Shown here: piece by piece, positions 40,171-48,957 of the stretch | How positions within the stretch are numbered: position 1 is the stretch's first letter | Layout of the letters: every line of letters starts with the position of its first letter | From: a virus | Virus record (IMG/VR): IMGVR_UViG_3300042868_011620 | Span: 32,001-96,000 of that record | Reading direction: 5' to 3' (one strand) | DNA length: 64,000 bases | Translations under genes and position numbers: made by a program | The notes under the pieces: generated by a model | Told to the model about the DNA's origin: nothing | Seen by the model: only the letters and a program-made list of their open reading frames with translations | The model's database searches: none

Positions 40171-40929
40171 ATGTCCCTCCTCCTTGCCAAAAACGTCGTT
40201 TCCCGCGAAGCTCTGTCCCGCGTCCCCACTCCTGATGCGGTGGATCGTTTTCATCCCATTGCCCATGGTGAACTTGCTGATGCAACTCGCCTTGCCATTT
40301 CCAACGCTGGTTTGGAAATCCTCGAAGAGGAACACGCTCTTGCTCGCGGCGGCTTGCGCTACTTTGGCGGGTTCGCTTTGCGCGGTGCTGGAATTGATAG
40401 CGCTGACCGCAACATCGTGCTGGGCCTCCGCAACGCTCACGATAAAACGTTTGCCGCCAGCATCTGCGTTGGCAACCGCATGATCGTTTGTGACAACCTG
40501 TGCTTTGCTAGCGACATCAAGCTGGCCCGCCGTCACACCACCAACATCATGAACGACATTCCTCGCGTTCTTGCTAGTGCAGTGTCCCGCGTGGTGAGTC
40601 ACTGGAACGACATGGGCAAGCGCATCAAAGCCTATCAAGAAACCGTGATCGGTGACGCCACCGCTTCGGACCTGCTGGTGAAGCTGGTGGATAGCAAAGC
40701 CTTCCCCGCCCGCGACATTTACAACGCGATTCTGGAGTTCCGCGCTCCCCGCCATCCTGAGTTTGCTGGCAACTCTCTGTGGAGCCTTTACAACTCTGTG
40801 ACCGAGAATCTCAAGAACGGAGACTTGACCAAGCTCCCCGCCCGCACCATGGTGATGCAAAGCGTGTTTGACCGCGTGGCGCATCATGAAAGCATCATCG
40901 AAATCGATGCTGAAATCCTCGTCGCCTAA
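40171..40929 (+). CDS. DUF932-like protein
   Basis: HPIAH, GLRNAHDK, G.R.IVCDNL, RRHT, SLWSLYNSVTE motifs. Confidence 0.7.
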   Translation: MSLLLAKNVVSREALSRVPTPDAVDRFHPIAHGELADATRLAISNAGLEILEEEHALARGGLRYFGGFALRGAGIDSADRNIVLGLRNAHDKTFAASICVGNRMIVCDNLCFASDIKLARRHTTNIMNDIPRVLASAVSRVVSHWNDMGKRIKAYQETVIGDATASDLLVKLVDSKAFPARDIYNAILEFRAPRHPEFAGNSLWSLYNSVTENLKNGDLTKLPARTMVMQSVFDRVAHHESIIEIDAEILVA

Positions 40930-41194
40930 CCGCTAGCGCAAGCCCCGCAATCCTAACCGATTGCGGGGTTTTTTGCGTCTACTCTCAGAGCTTCATAACT
41001 CGTTGAGTATCAACGAGTTACGGGGCTGCGCCCCGCGTTCGCGTAACTCGTTGATTATCAACGACTTACGACTGCGCCTCTCTTTATAACAACAACTCGT
41101 TCCGCCTTTGTCAACCGCGTTTTTCAAGAAAAATAAAATGCTTTAAAATGATTTAAAATGTTGCAATCCTTTTTCCCCGTGCTATAGTTTGGCC

Positions 41195-41881
41195 ATGCAG
41201 CTACTCTCTAAAAACAATACGAAGATCATCAAGGGGCAAAAACTCAAGGTGATGACATGGGGACTCTCTCTGGTCCCTAACACAATGAACGGCAAGATCA
41301 ACCTTTGCCCCTTTGCTAGTGATGGGTGCATTTTTGGTTGCTTGGAAACCGCTGGTCGCGGCGTCTTTGAAAACGTAAGGGCAGCGCGAATGAAACGCAC
41401 AATGCTGTTTGTTGACCACCAAAAAACTTTCTTGATTCAATTGGAGTCGGAAATTAATGCTGCGCAGAAAAGCGCCAAGCGGGCAGGAATGAAGTGTGCC
41501 ATTCGGCTGAATGTGCTTTCCGATGTGGGATGGCACAAATTGCTAGACTTTTCCAAGTGGCCCGACATCCAGTTCTACGACTACACCCCTAACACTAACA
41601 GAATGGTGCAGTACCTCCAAGGCAAACTCCCTAGCAATTACCACCTCACCTTCAGCCGCAAGGAAAACAACCAGACTGCTGTGGAGTTGATCGCGGCCAT
41701 GGGCGGCAACATCGCCGTCGTGTTCGATGAACTCCCTAACACTTACCTTGGCAAAACTGTTGTCAACGGTGATGACACCGACGTTCGCTTTCTGGACGGT
41801 CAAAACGTTATCGTGGGACTGAAAGCCAAGGGTCGCGCCAGAAAAGATTCCTCTGGGTTTGTGGTCAAAGCACTAGCATAA
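41195..41881 (+). CDS. GP88-family protein
   Basis: CPFAS.GC...CL..AGRG, IRLNVLSD, FYDYT, YHLTFS, GDDTDVRFLD, VGLKAKG. Confidence 0.75.
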   Translation: MQLLSKNNTKIIKGQKLKVMTWGLSLVPNTMNGKINLCPFASDGCIFGCLETAGRGVFENVRAARMKRTMLFVDHQKTFLIQLESEINAAQKSAKRAGMKCAIRLNVLSDVGWHKLLDFSKWPDIQFYDYTPNTNRMVQYLQGKLPSNYHLTFSRKENNQTAVELIAAMGGNIAVVFDELPNTYLGKTVVNGDDTDVRFLDGQNVIVGLKAKGRARKDSSGFVVKALA

Positions 41882-42204
41882 ATTATGATCACCACCCTTT
41901 CCATCATGCTGATCCTCACCTTAATATCCCTAACCAAAAAGAAAGCCTAGCAAACTAGCCCACCCTTCGGGGTGGGCCTTTTTGTGTTAGCGAAGGGGGA
42001 GTCATAAGTCGTTGAGTATCAACGAGTTACGCGGCTGCGCCCCGCGCCCGCGTAACCCCTTGAAAATCAACGAGTTACGAGGTTCCATGCGCCTATAACA
42101 ATTTCTTTTCCTACGCTTGTCAACCGAGAATGTGGAGGAAAATAATTGCTTTAAAATCAAAAGAAATGTTGCACTCTGCCAAGGATGGGCTACTATAGTG
42201 AACT

Positions 42205-42480
42205 ATGAACAACCAACTTGACGATCTCATTGCTGCCACTAAAGGCAAGTTCTTCAGTATCACCTTCACTAAGAAGGACGGCACCTCCCGCACCATCAAT
42301 GGCAAGAACCGATATGATCGGTTAGTGAAGGGCGTTGGCTCTCCCGCAACCGTCGCTTTGAAAGAAGGCGGTTACACTAGCTTTGTGAACCGTAACCGTG
42401 ATGGCTGGGTTTCTGCACACAAGGAAAACGTGCTGACTTTCAAGTGTGGCAAGATTCGAGAAACTTTCGTGATGATCTGA
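42205..42480 (+). CDS. SH3/Sm-like beta-barrel (WYL_2-like) protein
   Basis: GKFFSITFTKKDGTSRTING. Confidence 0.65.
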   Translation: MNNQLDDLIAATKGKFFSITFTKKDGTSRTINGKNRYDRLVKGVGSPATVALKEGGYTSFVNRNRDGWVSAHKENVLTFKCGKIRETFVMI

Positions 42481-42512
42481 GACAGTCTCTTTAACCCATA
42501 CCTCATAACAAT

Positions 42513-42716
42513 ATGACCGTTTATCAAATGTTGATTCGCAAAGCTCATCTTTCAGATGGATACAGGGCCGCTGCTGCCTTGAATAAAGAATCTTACAGGC
42601 GTCTTCGCGAAGCAAAGCTTCTTTATGGCCACAACACTCTCAAAAGCCATAAGCACTTTGAGAAAGTCAAGATGCAAATGGCAAGAGAAGCTACAGCAGT
42701 TATTCGCTCCCTTTAA
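42513..42716 (+). CDS. hypothetical protein, paralogue of the next gene
   Basis: MTVYQMLIRKAHL...REATAVIRSL. Confidence 0.7.
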   Translation: MTVYQMLIRKAHLSDGYRAAAALNKESYRRLREAKLLYGHNTLKSHKHFEKVKMQMAREATAVIRSL

Positions 42717-42734
42717 CCCACAACCAACAACAAC

Positions 42735-43001
42735 ATGACCACCTATCAATTCCTGATTAAAAAAGCTCACCTCAACGATTGTGAGGAAGACTCTAATTCC
42801 ATCGTGGCAGAAAAACATTGGGATATCGCGACAGATGAGCGCAACCATCGCATTCAAACTGGTATGGCAATTTTCTGCTATCTTTCTCATGGTGGCAGTG
42901 AAATGTTGCAATCGCCTGCTGCTATCAACTTCAAGCGGAAAATCGAACGCGACCTGAACAGGGAAGCTGCCGAAGCGATTCGCGCTCTGTATCAAGAATA
43001 A
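42735..43001 (+). CDS. hypothetical protein, paralogue of the previous gene
   Basis: MTTYQFLIKKAHL...REAAEAIRAL. Confidence 0.7.
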   Translation: MTTYQFLIKKAHLNDCEEDSNSIVAEKHWDIATDERNHRIQTGMAIFCYLSHGGSEMLQSPAAINFKRKIERDLNREAAEAIRALYQE

Positions 43002-43199
43002 CTAATCAGCCCACCCTTCGGGGTGGGCTTTTTTGTGTTAGCGAAGAGGGAGTTGTAACTCGTTGAGTTTCAACGACTTATGGCGCTGCACGGCGCAGCC
43101 GCGTAACCACTTGATAATCAACGTGCTATCAATGTTTAAAAAAGCATTTTAATTGAAAAAAAGTGTTGCACATCCTCCGTTCTACTGTATAATATTCCC

Positions 43200-43547
43200 A
43201 TGGACACTCGCTGTTACTTCAACCTACATAAGAGAAAGATTTCTGTTCAGAAAAAAATCAATGGAGTTTGGAAGGTGGTTCGCCATGCTGACTCTGTCGC
43301 TTTGGACAACGCTACCTTTCAAGTGTCCCAAGCTGGACGGGAGCGCGTCTTGCAACAGAAGCGCAAAAATGTTCATGCTTACATCTGTGGCACTGAATCA
43401 GGAAGTTTCGACTACTACAAGAAGCTCCGACAAGTCAACTACAATCCCTATCTCTTCGGTTACTTTTTCGAGAAGGAGTCTGGAGATCCAGTGTACAAAG
43501 CCCCCTCTGTTTTAATCTGCGGAAAAAAAATCATCATCACCCACTAA
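43200..43547 (+). CDS. conserved phage hypothetical protein
   Basis: YFNLHK...VSQAGRERVL..KRKNVHA...YNPY motif recalled from phage proteins. Confidence 0.7.
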   Translation: MDTRCYFNLHKRKISVQKKINGVWKVVRHADSVALDNATFQVSQAGRERVLQQKRKNVHAYICGTESGSFDYYKKLRQVNYNPYLFGYFFEKESGDPVYKAPSVLICGKKIIITH

Positions 43548-43663
43548 TATGTCAGCCAAAAAAAACAAAATGCCCAACCCGTTCATCTTTCTGCTGGTAT
43601 ACACTTTGTCAGTGGGCAGCATCCTGATGATTCTTATGAAACTCTTTCCTCGCGGCCTTTAAT

Positions 43664-43897
43664 ATGACTAGTTCCAACATCATCGTCACTGCTTTAAATA
43701 CCACTGTCGATCCCATTCTTGACAAGATCATCATGGACGCGGCAGATTTAGAGAATAGTTTTAATTCTTATCAACAAGCTGTAGAGTTTTCCTCTACAAG
43801 ATGCACATACGAGCAAGCAATGATTCTTTCCATCGCTTATAAAAGGCTCGCCCAAACCATGGAAGACATTGCCTCACACATCAAACCAAAAATATGA
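43664..43897 (+). CDS. hypothetical protein
   Basis: 77-aa ORF overlapping the next start. Confidence 0.55.
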   Translation: MTSSNIIVTALNTTVDPILDKIIMDAADLENSFNSYQQAVEFSSTRCTYEQAMILSIAYKRLAQTMEDIASHIKPKI

Positions 43898-44193
43898 GTC
43901 TCGACAAAGCAATCCAATACGGCAAAGAAAAGCGCGTACAGTATCGCCGCAGCTTAGCCTTTGACCGCAGTTGCCGCAACCATGGCAACTGCGGTTACTG
44001 TGAGAGTAACCGAACGATTCAATCTCAGAAAGAATTGCGTCGAATCGAATCACAAGAGCATGACCTTGATGATCCATGCTATCTTGATGATTTAATCAAT
44101 GGGGAAATCACTGTTGAAGAATGGAATAAAAGAGTTGACGCTCACGATGATTTACACCATGACTGGAGCGCTTATGTGCAATACATTAGGTAA
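43894..44193 (+). CDS. conserved phage hypothetical (Cys/His) protein
   Basis: DRSCRNHGNCGYCESNR. Confidence 0.7.
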   Translation: MSLDKAIQYGKEKRVQYRRSLAFDRSCRNHGNCGYCESNRTIQSQKELRRIESQEHDLDDPCYLDDLINGEITVEEWNKRVDAHDDLHHDWSAYVQYIR

Positions 44194-44336
44194 CTCGTTG
44201 AATATCAACGAGTTACGAGGCTGCGCCCCGCGTTCGCGTAAGTCGTTGAATATCAACAGGTTACGAGGATTTAAAAAAGAATTTAAATTCAAAAAAACTC
44301 TTGCATCTTGCTCGCCCTGCACTATAGTCTTTTATT

Positions 44337-44618
44337 ATGATTAAACTTGCTGTACACGATGGAACCCTGCATCTCTATTCTGAAGACTTCAATGGCGACG
44401 ACCTTGGCGACTTTTTTGGAACTGAAGAATTTGTGGAGCTACTTACTAACGATACCTGCGCCAGTGTCACGTATGACAAAGGAGTGTTTGATAAACAGAT
44501 GTTAGCAGGCATCCTTTACGATTACATCGAATGTGGTTGGATGAAAAATGTTAGGGAGGTGGAGCTGCCAGATGGTCGCACGTTCCATATTGAATTCAAC
44601 CTTGAATTCTCTGCGTAA
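44337..44618 (+). CDS. acidic hypothetical protein
   Basis: Own promoter; flanked by double palindromes. Confidence 0.7.
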   Translation: MIKLAVHDGTLHLYSEDFNGDDLGDFFGTEEFVELLTNDTCASVTYDKGVFDKQMLAGILYDYIECGWMKNVREVELPDGRTFHIEFNLEFSA

Positions 44619-44874
44619 CAAGAGACGCCCTTGTAACCCGTTGAATATCAACGAGTTACGAGAGCGGGGGGCGCAGCCGCGTAACCCCTTGATTATCAAC
44701 GAGTTACGACTGGCACTGTGCTGGATTTTATGTTAGCATCACTCTTATTAAGGGGTCGCTTATTTGCAACTTTCTCGTTTGCAAGTCTTTATTAAGAGTT
44801 CCCTTATTTGCAAGTTTCTCGTTTGCAAGCTCTTATTTGTGTTAGTCTTATTTGCAAGTTTCTCGATTGTAAGT

Positions 44875-44993
44875 GTCCGATTGATGGCTTTGAACCACCT
44901 TCTCCAAAATTACTTGCTCCCTCTAGTTATTCACATTGCGCGTCCGCACGAAGGGTAATTGTGGCGCTTTAGACCAAAAATAAGCTAATCGGA
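44875..44993 (-). ncRNA. tRNA-like RNA with enlarged anticodon arm
   Basis: TCCGATT/AATCGGA acceptor stem, GCTT/AAGC D-arm, GGTGG-TTCAAAG-CCATC T-arm, ~60-nt branched anticodon arm. Confidence 0.6.
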
Positions 44994-45003
44994 AATTGTT
45001 TTG

Positions 45004-45597
45004 TTAATCATCCCAAGGGCAGATCTGCCATCCTTCCAGTTTGAAGGAGGTTCCAGTCGGTGGGCTGGAGCGCACCCACTCTTCCATTTTTTCCTTAACA
45101 TGTTCTGGGATAGAGTCGCAGTCTCCTTGGAAACCCCATTCATCGTAGTTGTCTCCAGGGGGATGGTCGCTCCATCCTGCCTCATCTTGAATGTAAGTTT
45201 CTACCCATGCTCCTTGTTCGTTGCGGATGAGAAAGCCGCGATACTCACGGTTGTTTTTTTGATCTTCGCGAGCCAAGTCTGCCGCATTGTCCAGAGTGTT
45301 TTGAATGTTAATCAAAGTCTCCTCGTCCGTTTCTCCACGACGCGCTAACAACTCTGTGGTGCCAGGAGTATCAAAGTCATCAGTGACTGAAACTGCACAC
45401 ACAAACGACTGTCCAGTGCAAATGATGCGCGAAGTGAGAAGTTCTTTCTTGCAAGCTCCCCAGTCAGTATCAAAAGGCAGTCCAGAAGCGATTGCCTGCA
45501 TAATTTCCTCGCGTTTATCGTCATAAAAATCGGATGCGCCCCACTTGGTCATGTCGCCCTTGTTGAACTGACTAGAGAATTCAAAATCTTCGTTCAT
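45004..45597 (-). CDS. acidic hypothetical protein
   Basis: 197-aa ORF. Confidence 0.7.
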   Translation of the reverse strand: MNEDFEFSSQFNKGDMTKWGASDFYDDKREEIMQAIASGLPFDTDWGACKKELLTSRIICTGQSFVCAVSVTDDFDTPGTTELLARRGETDEETLINIQNTLDNAADLAREDQKNNREYRGFLIRNEQGAWVETYIQDEAGWSDHPPGDNYDEWGFQGDCDSIPEHVKEKMEEWVRSSPPTGTSFKLEGWQICPWDD

Positions 45598-45632
45598 AGC
45601 TTTATTGGTGTTGGTGTTTTGTTTTAATGAGA

Positions 45633-46100
45633 TTATGCAGGAATGATCTGGAGTTTGCCAAGAGTCTCTTTACGCTTGCCAGTAACAAAGCGCAAGCCAA
45701 CTTCTCTGTGCCACTTGGGCAAGCGGTGATAAGAGCCAAGCTTTTCTCCACTCTCAGAGTTGATCATGTAATACTTGGGCTTGACGCGCACTGCCTCGCT
45801 AGTCATGTACTGCTTAGGCTCAGCACCAATCTGCACACAGATGTCTCTCCAGATTTTGCCGTGACCAACCTCGCCATGTTTGAGGTAAGCAAGAGCGTGA
45901 GCAATCTCATGCAGGATGGTATCGTGAACTTGAGCAACGCTGTTGCACTCGGTCAAGACAGAGGAGAGGTGAATTTCTTTGAGCTTGAAATAACAAGTTC
46001 CGAACACGCGCTTTTTACGAGTGAACTGGAAAGTCCAATCGGACAAACCATAGTGGTTCATGAGATACAAGGCGTGATTTTTGGCAAGTGCTGCGTTCAT
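45633..46100 (-). CDS. SprT-like zinc metalloprotease
   Basis: FGTC, TILHEIAHAL, GHGKIWR. Confidence 0.85.
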   Translation of the reverse strand: MNAALAKNHALYLMNHYGLSDWTFQFTRKKRVFGTCYFKLKEIHLSSVLTECNSVAQVHDTILHEIAHALAYLKHGEVGHGKIWRDICVQIGAEPKQYMTSEAVRVKPKYYMINSESGEKLGSYHRLPKWHREVGLRFVTGKRKETLGKLQIIPA

Positions 46101-46152
46101 GTAGGTACAGTAGCAGAGGAGTTGAGGATGTCAAATAAAAATGACTAAAAAT

Positions 46153-46227
46153 TGGTGGATCTACTTGGAATCGAACCAAGATTAAAAGCTTAGAAGGCTC
46201 TTGTCTTATCCATTAGACGATAGATCC
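46153..46227 (-). tRNA. tRNA-Arg(TCT)
   Basis: Cloverleaf, anticodon loop CTTCTAA, encoded CCA. Confidence 0.9.
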
Positions 46228-46382
46228 AAAGGTTTATTTGCGTTTAAATACAGATGGTCTCTGCATAGCAATGATAGTCAAGATGAGAAGATTTACAAGC
46301 AGAATATAAGGTTGGTCCATATTATTTTTTGGTTTGGGGCAGAGAGCCACTACACTCCCTGCCCCGTTATGTACCACTACTC

Positions 46383-47288
46383 CTACAGACTAGCAAGCAC
46401 ATTCAAGCCCTTGCTAGTAATTTTTCTAGTCACATCAATTCTAATGAAGTTTTTCTTCAGCAAGAAACTTTCAACATCGCGTTGCAAAGTACTGCGACTC
46501 AAACCAGTAACTGCACTAAGCATAGTCAAGGTGCAATCGCCTCTTTCTTTCAAGATGTTTAACACTTCGATTTCAGAATTGCTCAAACCATTCTTTTCAA
46601 TGTTCACCAAGCTGCAAAGATCTTCCCAAGAACTAGAGTCAAAGAAACTCTGATTGTTTTTATTACAGTACCGCAAGATTTCATTTGCTCTGAGAACTGC
46701 ACTGCGAGCATTGCCCCGAACGCTATCAGCAATGGTTTCGAGAACATCATCGCGAAACTCTACCCAGGAAGTTGCCACTTTGATGATCTGCGCCATCTCC
46801 CCACTACTGTATGGTTTAAAATCAATGATTGTGAATCGATCCTTCAATGGGGCGAACACTTTCTCTTGATCAGTAGTAGCAAACAAATAAGTTTGTTTGT
46901 CAAAGTTGAACTCTGCAATCTCATCATTAAAGCTGAACTCTCTCACTGCTGGGCCTTGAGTGTTAAACACAGTGAGGAAAGTCATCATTAAACTTTTGGG
47001 CAAAGCATGACACTCATCAAACAAAACTGTAACAGCTTTATTCATAATGTGCGGCACAAAGATTTGCTCGAAGAACTGATTAGAGTCTTTGATGGTGGAA
47101 CAGTTAATTTCCATCATTGGTTTCTTCAGCGCCTTGGCAAAGCCTCGGCAGAATTCAGTCTTGCCCGAACCCTTCGCGCCATTCATCATGATGAAAGGAA
47201 TGCGAGTGTTGGAGGTTTGACTGTCCAGATAAAAACCAAGTTGTCGTTTAATGTGATCCTGCCCAATGAGAGAAGAGAAGTTTTCCAT
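46383..47288 (-). CDS. ruvB: RuvB-like Holliday junction branch migration AAA+ ATPase
   Basis: LIGQDHIK, GAKGSGKT, FDECH, ATT, PLKDRF, RGNAR and C-terminal winged helix (VESFLLK..FI). Confidence 0.8.
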   Translation of the reverse strand: MENFSSLIGQDHIKRQLGFYLDSQTSNTRIPFIMMNGAKGSGKTEFCRGFAKALKKPMMEINCSTIKDSNQFFEQIFVPHIMNKAVTVLFDECHALPKSLMMTFLTVFNTQGPAVREFSFNDEIAEFNFDKQTYLFATTDQEKVFAPLKDRFTIIDFKPYSSGEMAQIIKVATSWVEFRDDVLETIADSVRGNARSAVLRANEILRYCNKNNQSFFDSSSWEDLCSLVNIEKNGLSNSEIEVLNILKERGDCTLTMLSAVTGLSRSTLQRDVESFLLKKNFIRIDVTRKITSKGLNVLASL

Positions 47289-47338
47289 TGTAGTGTAGTG
47301 TATAGTGGAAAGGAAGGTAGCCGCACTGCGGAGGGTTG

Positions 47339-47599
47339 TCAAGCGTTTTCTAGTGGCGCATACTCATCAAAGTTTGTCACGCTAAAAGAAATCTTGCTTT
47401 CTGGTTCTTCAGACTCAACAACAGTTTTAACGAGGTTTACTTTTTGTTCAATGCTGATGTGATTTTCGCGCAACCACATGGTAGAAACTTTCACCACTGC
47501 ATTCTCTCCAACCATAGAGATTAAGTCTTGCAGTTTAATTTTGGCAAAGCTGTTGCTACCAGGAGGACGACCACGACGTTTAGGGGATTCAGTGTTCAT
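47339..47599 (-). CDS. small AT-hook-containing protein
   Basis: PKRRGRPPGS. Confidence 0.65.
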   Translation of the reverse strand: MNTESPKRRGRPPGSNSFAKIKLQDLISMVGENAVVKVSTMWLRENHISIEQKVNLVKTVVESEEPESKISFSVTNFDEYAPLENA

Positions 47600-47843
47600 A
47601 GAGTATATATAGTATAGTAGTTTGATGTTTGTCAAGAACAGAGTGTTCGAGAAGGGAAAGTACAGCATACATGCCGCGAGTCAAGGATTTTTTTCACATT
47701 TAAATCTTTTTTTAAAAGCAAGGAGTTTTTTAGTGTAAACTCTTTTTCGGCGCGAAAAGCTGTGGGTTTGCAGACTTCTTTTATTTGACAAAAAGTCGTT
47801 CGTAATTAGACCCTGTTTATTTGGCAAAAAGTCGTTCGTAATT

Positions 47844-47919
47844 TGGTACATCATGTCGGACTCGAACCGACACTAGACAGATTTTAAGTCTGTTGCCTCT
47901 GCCATTGGGCTAATGATGC
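47844..47919 (-). tRNA. tRNA-Leu(TAA), short variable loop
   Basis: Cloverleaf, loop CTTAAAA, CCA, 76 nt. Confidence 0.88.
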
Positions 47920-47992
47920 ATAGTGTATACTAAAGAGAGTTCAGCTCTTGTCAATGGGATTTTGTTTATTTGTCCCACTCTCTTTCGTAATT

Positions 47993-48068
47993 TGGTGGAC
48001 GCACAGGGGCTCGAACCCTGGACCAAGAAATTATGAGTTTCACGCTCTAACCGCTGAGCTATACGTCC
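47993..48068 (-). tRNA. tRNA-CAT (probably Ile2; Met not excluded)
   Basis: Cloverleaf, loop CTCATAA, CCA; G1-C72 paired so not initiator. Confidence 0.88.
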
Positions 48069-48210
48069 AAAGTGCTTAAAAAAGTTCTTGTTCTCTATCC
48101 TGCAAGTATTGTGTAGCGTTGAGGACTTGGTTAGTGTTAAAAAATGTTTGGATCTTCTTTAGAAGTTTTGCCATACACTATTTTACACTGGGTGGGAGAG
48201 TTGTCCACCT

Positions 48211-48417
48211 TTACCATGTGTCATTTTTGACACACTCTATTGCGCCAAACGTTTCTGGCTCAGTTATTTTTAATTCATAAATTAAATTCTCCATCATTTT
48301 AAACGTTTCCATTCTAGTCTCGGCGCATCCTGAAAGCAAGTGCTCATCAAGCAACTCAAAAATGCGGTGAGTAAAGTTTTTTCCGCCAATTGCGCTGTAG
48401 ATGTTGTGCTTTTTCAT
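48211..48417 (-). CDS. hypothetical protein
   Basis: 68-aa ORF. Confidence 0.55.
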   Translation of the reverse strand: MKKHNIYSAIGGKNFTHRIFELLDEHLLSGCAETRMETFKMMENLIYELKITEPETFGAIECVKNDTW

Positions 48418-48523
48418 GAGCTTATAATACTATATAGTATATATTACAAGCGTCAAGGAGTTTTGTGATGTTTTTTCAGGTATAGTTGTATTTAGCCTAG
48501 AGAAAAAAAACACTTTTGGCTAT

Positions 48524-48731
48524 AAAGTTGTATTTTAGGGGGGTAAAAAGCATACAAAACGTACTTTATGGTTCCAAACTGGTACTTTAAAGGCGAAAAG
48601 TATATGTTAGAAGCGCTAAGTCTGGCGTGAGATGGGACGAATGTCAGATTAGTATTAGTTTTTCTTATTTTAGGGGGGTAAAAACAATACTAAACCATTA
48701 AAAGTTGTATTTTAGGGGGTAAAAAGTATAC
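48524..48731. repeat. three copies of TATTTTA-G5/6-TAAAAA (iteron-like)
   Basis: Copies at about 48524-48555, 48666-48690 and 48701-48731. Confidence 0.8.
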
Positions 48732-48732
48732 C

Positions 48733-48957
48733 TTAATTGTTTTTGGCCTTTTTTTCTAGTTCTTTTACATACTTTTCCCACACACCTAACTCCTCTTCTG
48801 GCTCTTTTGCCGCTGGCTTTTTGGTCAACGCCTCTACCGTTCCATTGACGAAACCCACTATGCTCATGAAAAATGTTATCGTTGCTATACCCAAAGCTAC
48901 TAGGGGAGAGATAATAATGGCGATTGTTAGCGTTAAGAATTTAAAAAAGATGTTCAT
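48733..48957 (-). CDS. small membrane protein
   Basis: Hydrophobic N-terminus, charged tail. Confidence 0.6.
   Translation of the reverse strand: MNIFFKFLTLTIAIIISPLVALGIATITFFMSIVGFVNGTVEALTKKPAAKEPEEELGVWEKYVKELEKKAKNN

Larger units (their letters stand above)
34424..44707. repeat. array of repeated regulatory modules (terminator hairpin, double palindrome, promoter) separating small early genes
   Basis: About 13 GCCCACCC-N4-GGGTGGGC-type hairpins, 12 double palindromes and about 15 sigma70-like promoters. Confidence 0.92.

Noticed and set aside
35352-44707. CRISPR or MITE/IS interpretation of the palindromes
   Set aside because: Spacer within each pair is semi-conserved, pairs are dispersed between genes, and no transposase or target-site duplications are seen
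34214-44958. ORFs containing AHPKGWA / NSLIINEL peptides, and antisense ORFs such as 40156..40887
   Set aside because: Translations of the terminator and palindrome repeats, or shadows of real genes
44875-44993. tmRNA or ordinary tRNA
   Set aside because: Too short with no Ala acceptor identity or tag ORF; no 7-nt anticodon loop
46336-46366. tRNA or terminator after ruvB
   Set aside because: GC hairpin only, with no cloverleaf and no U tract on the transcribed strand
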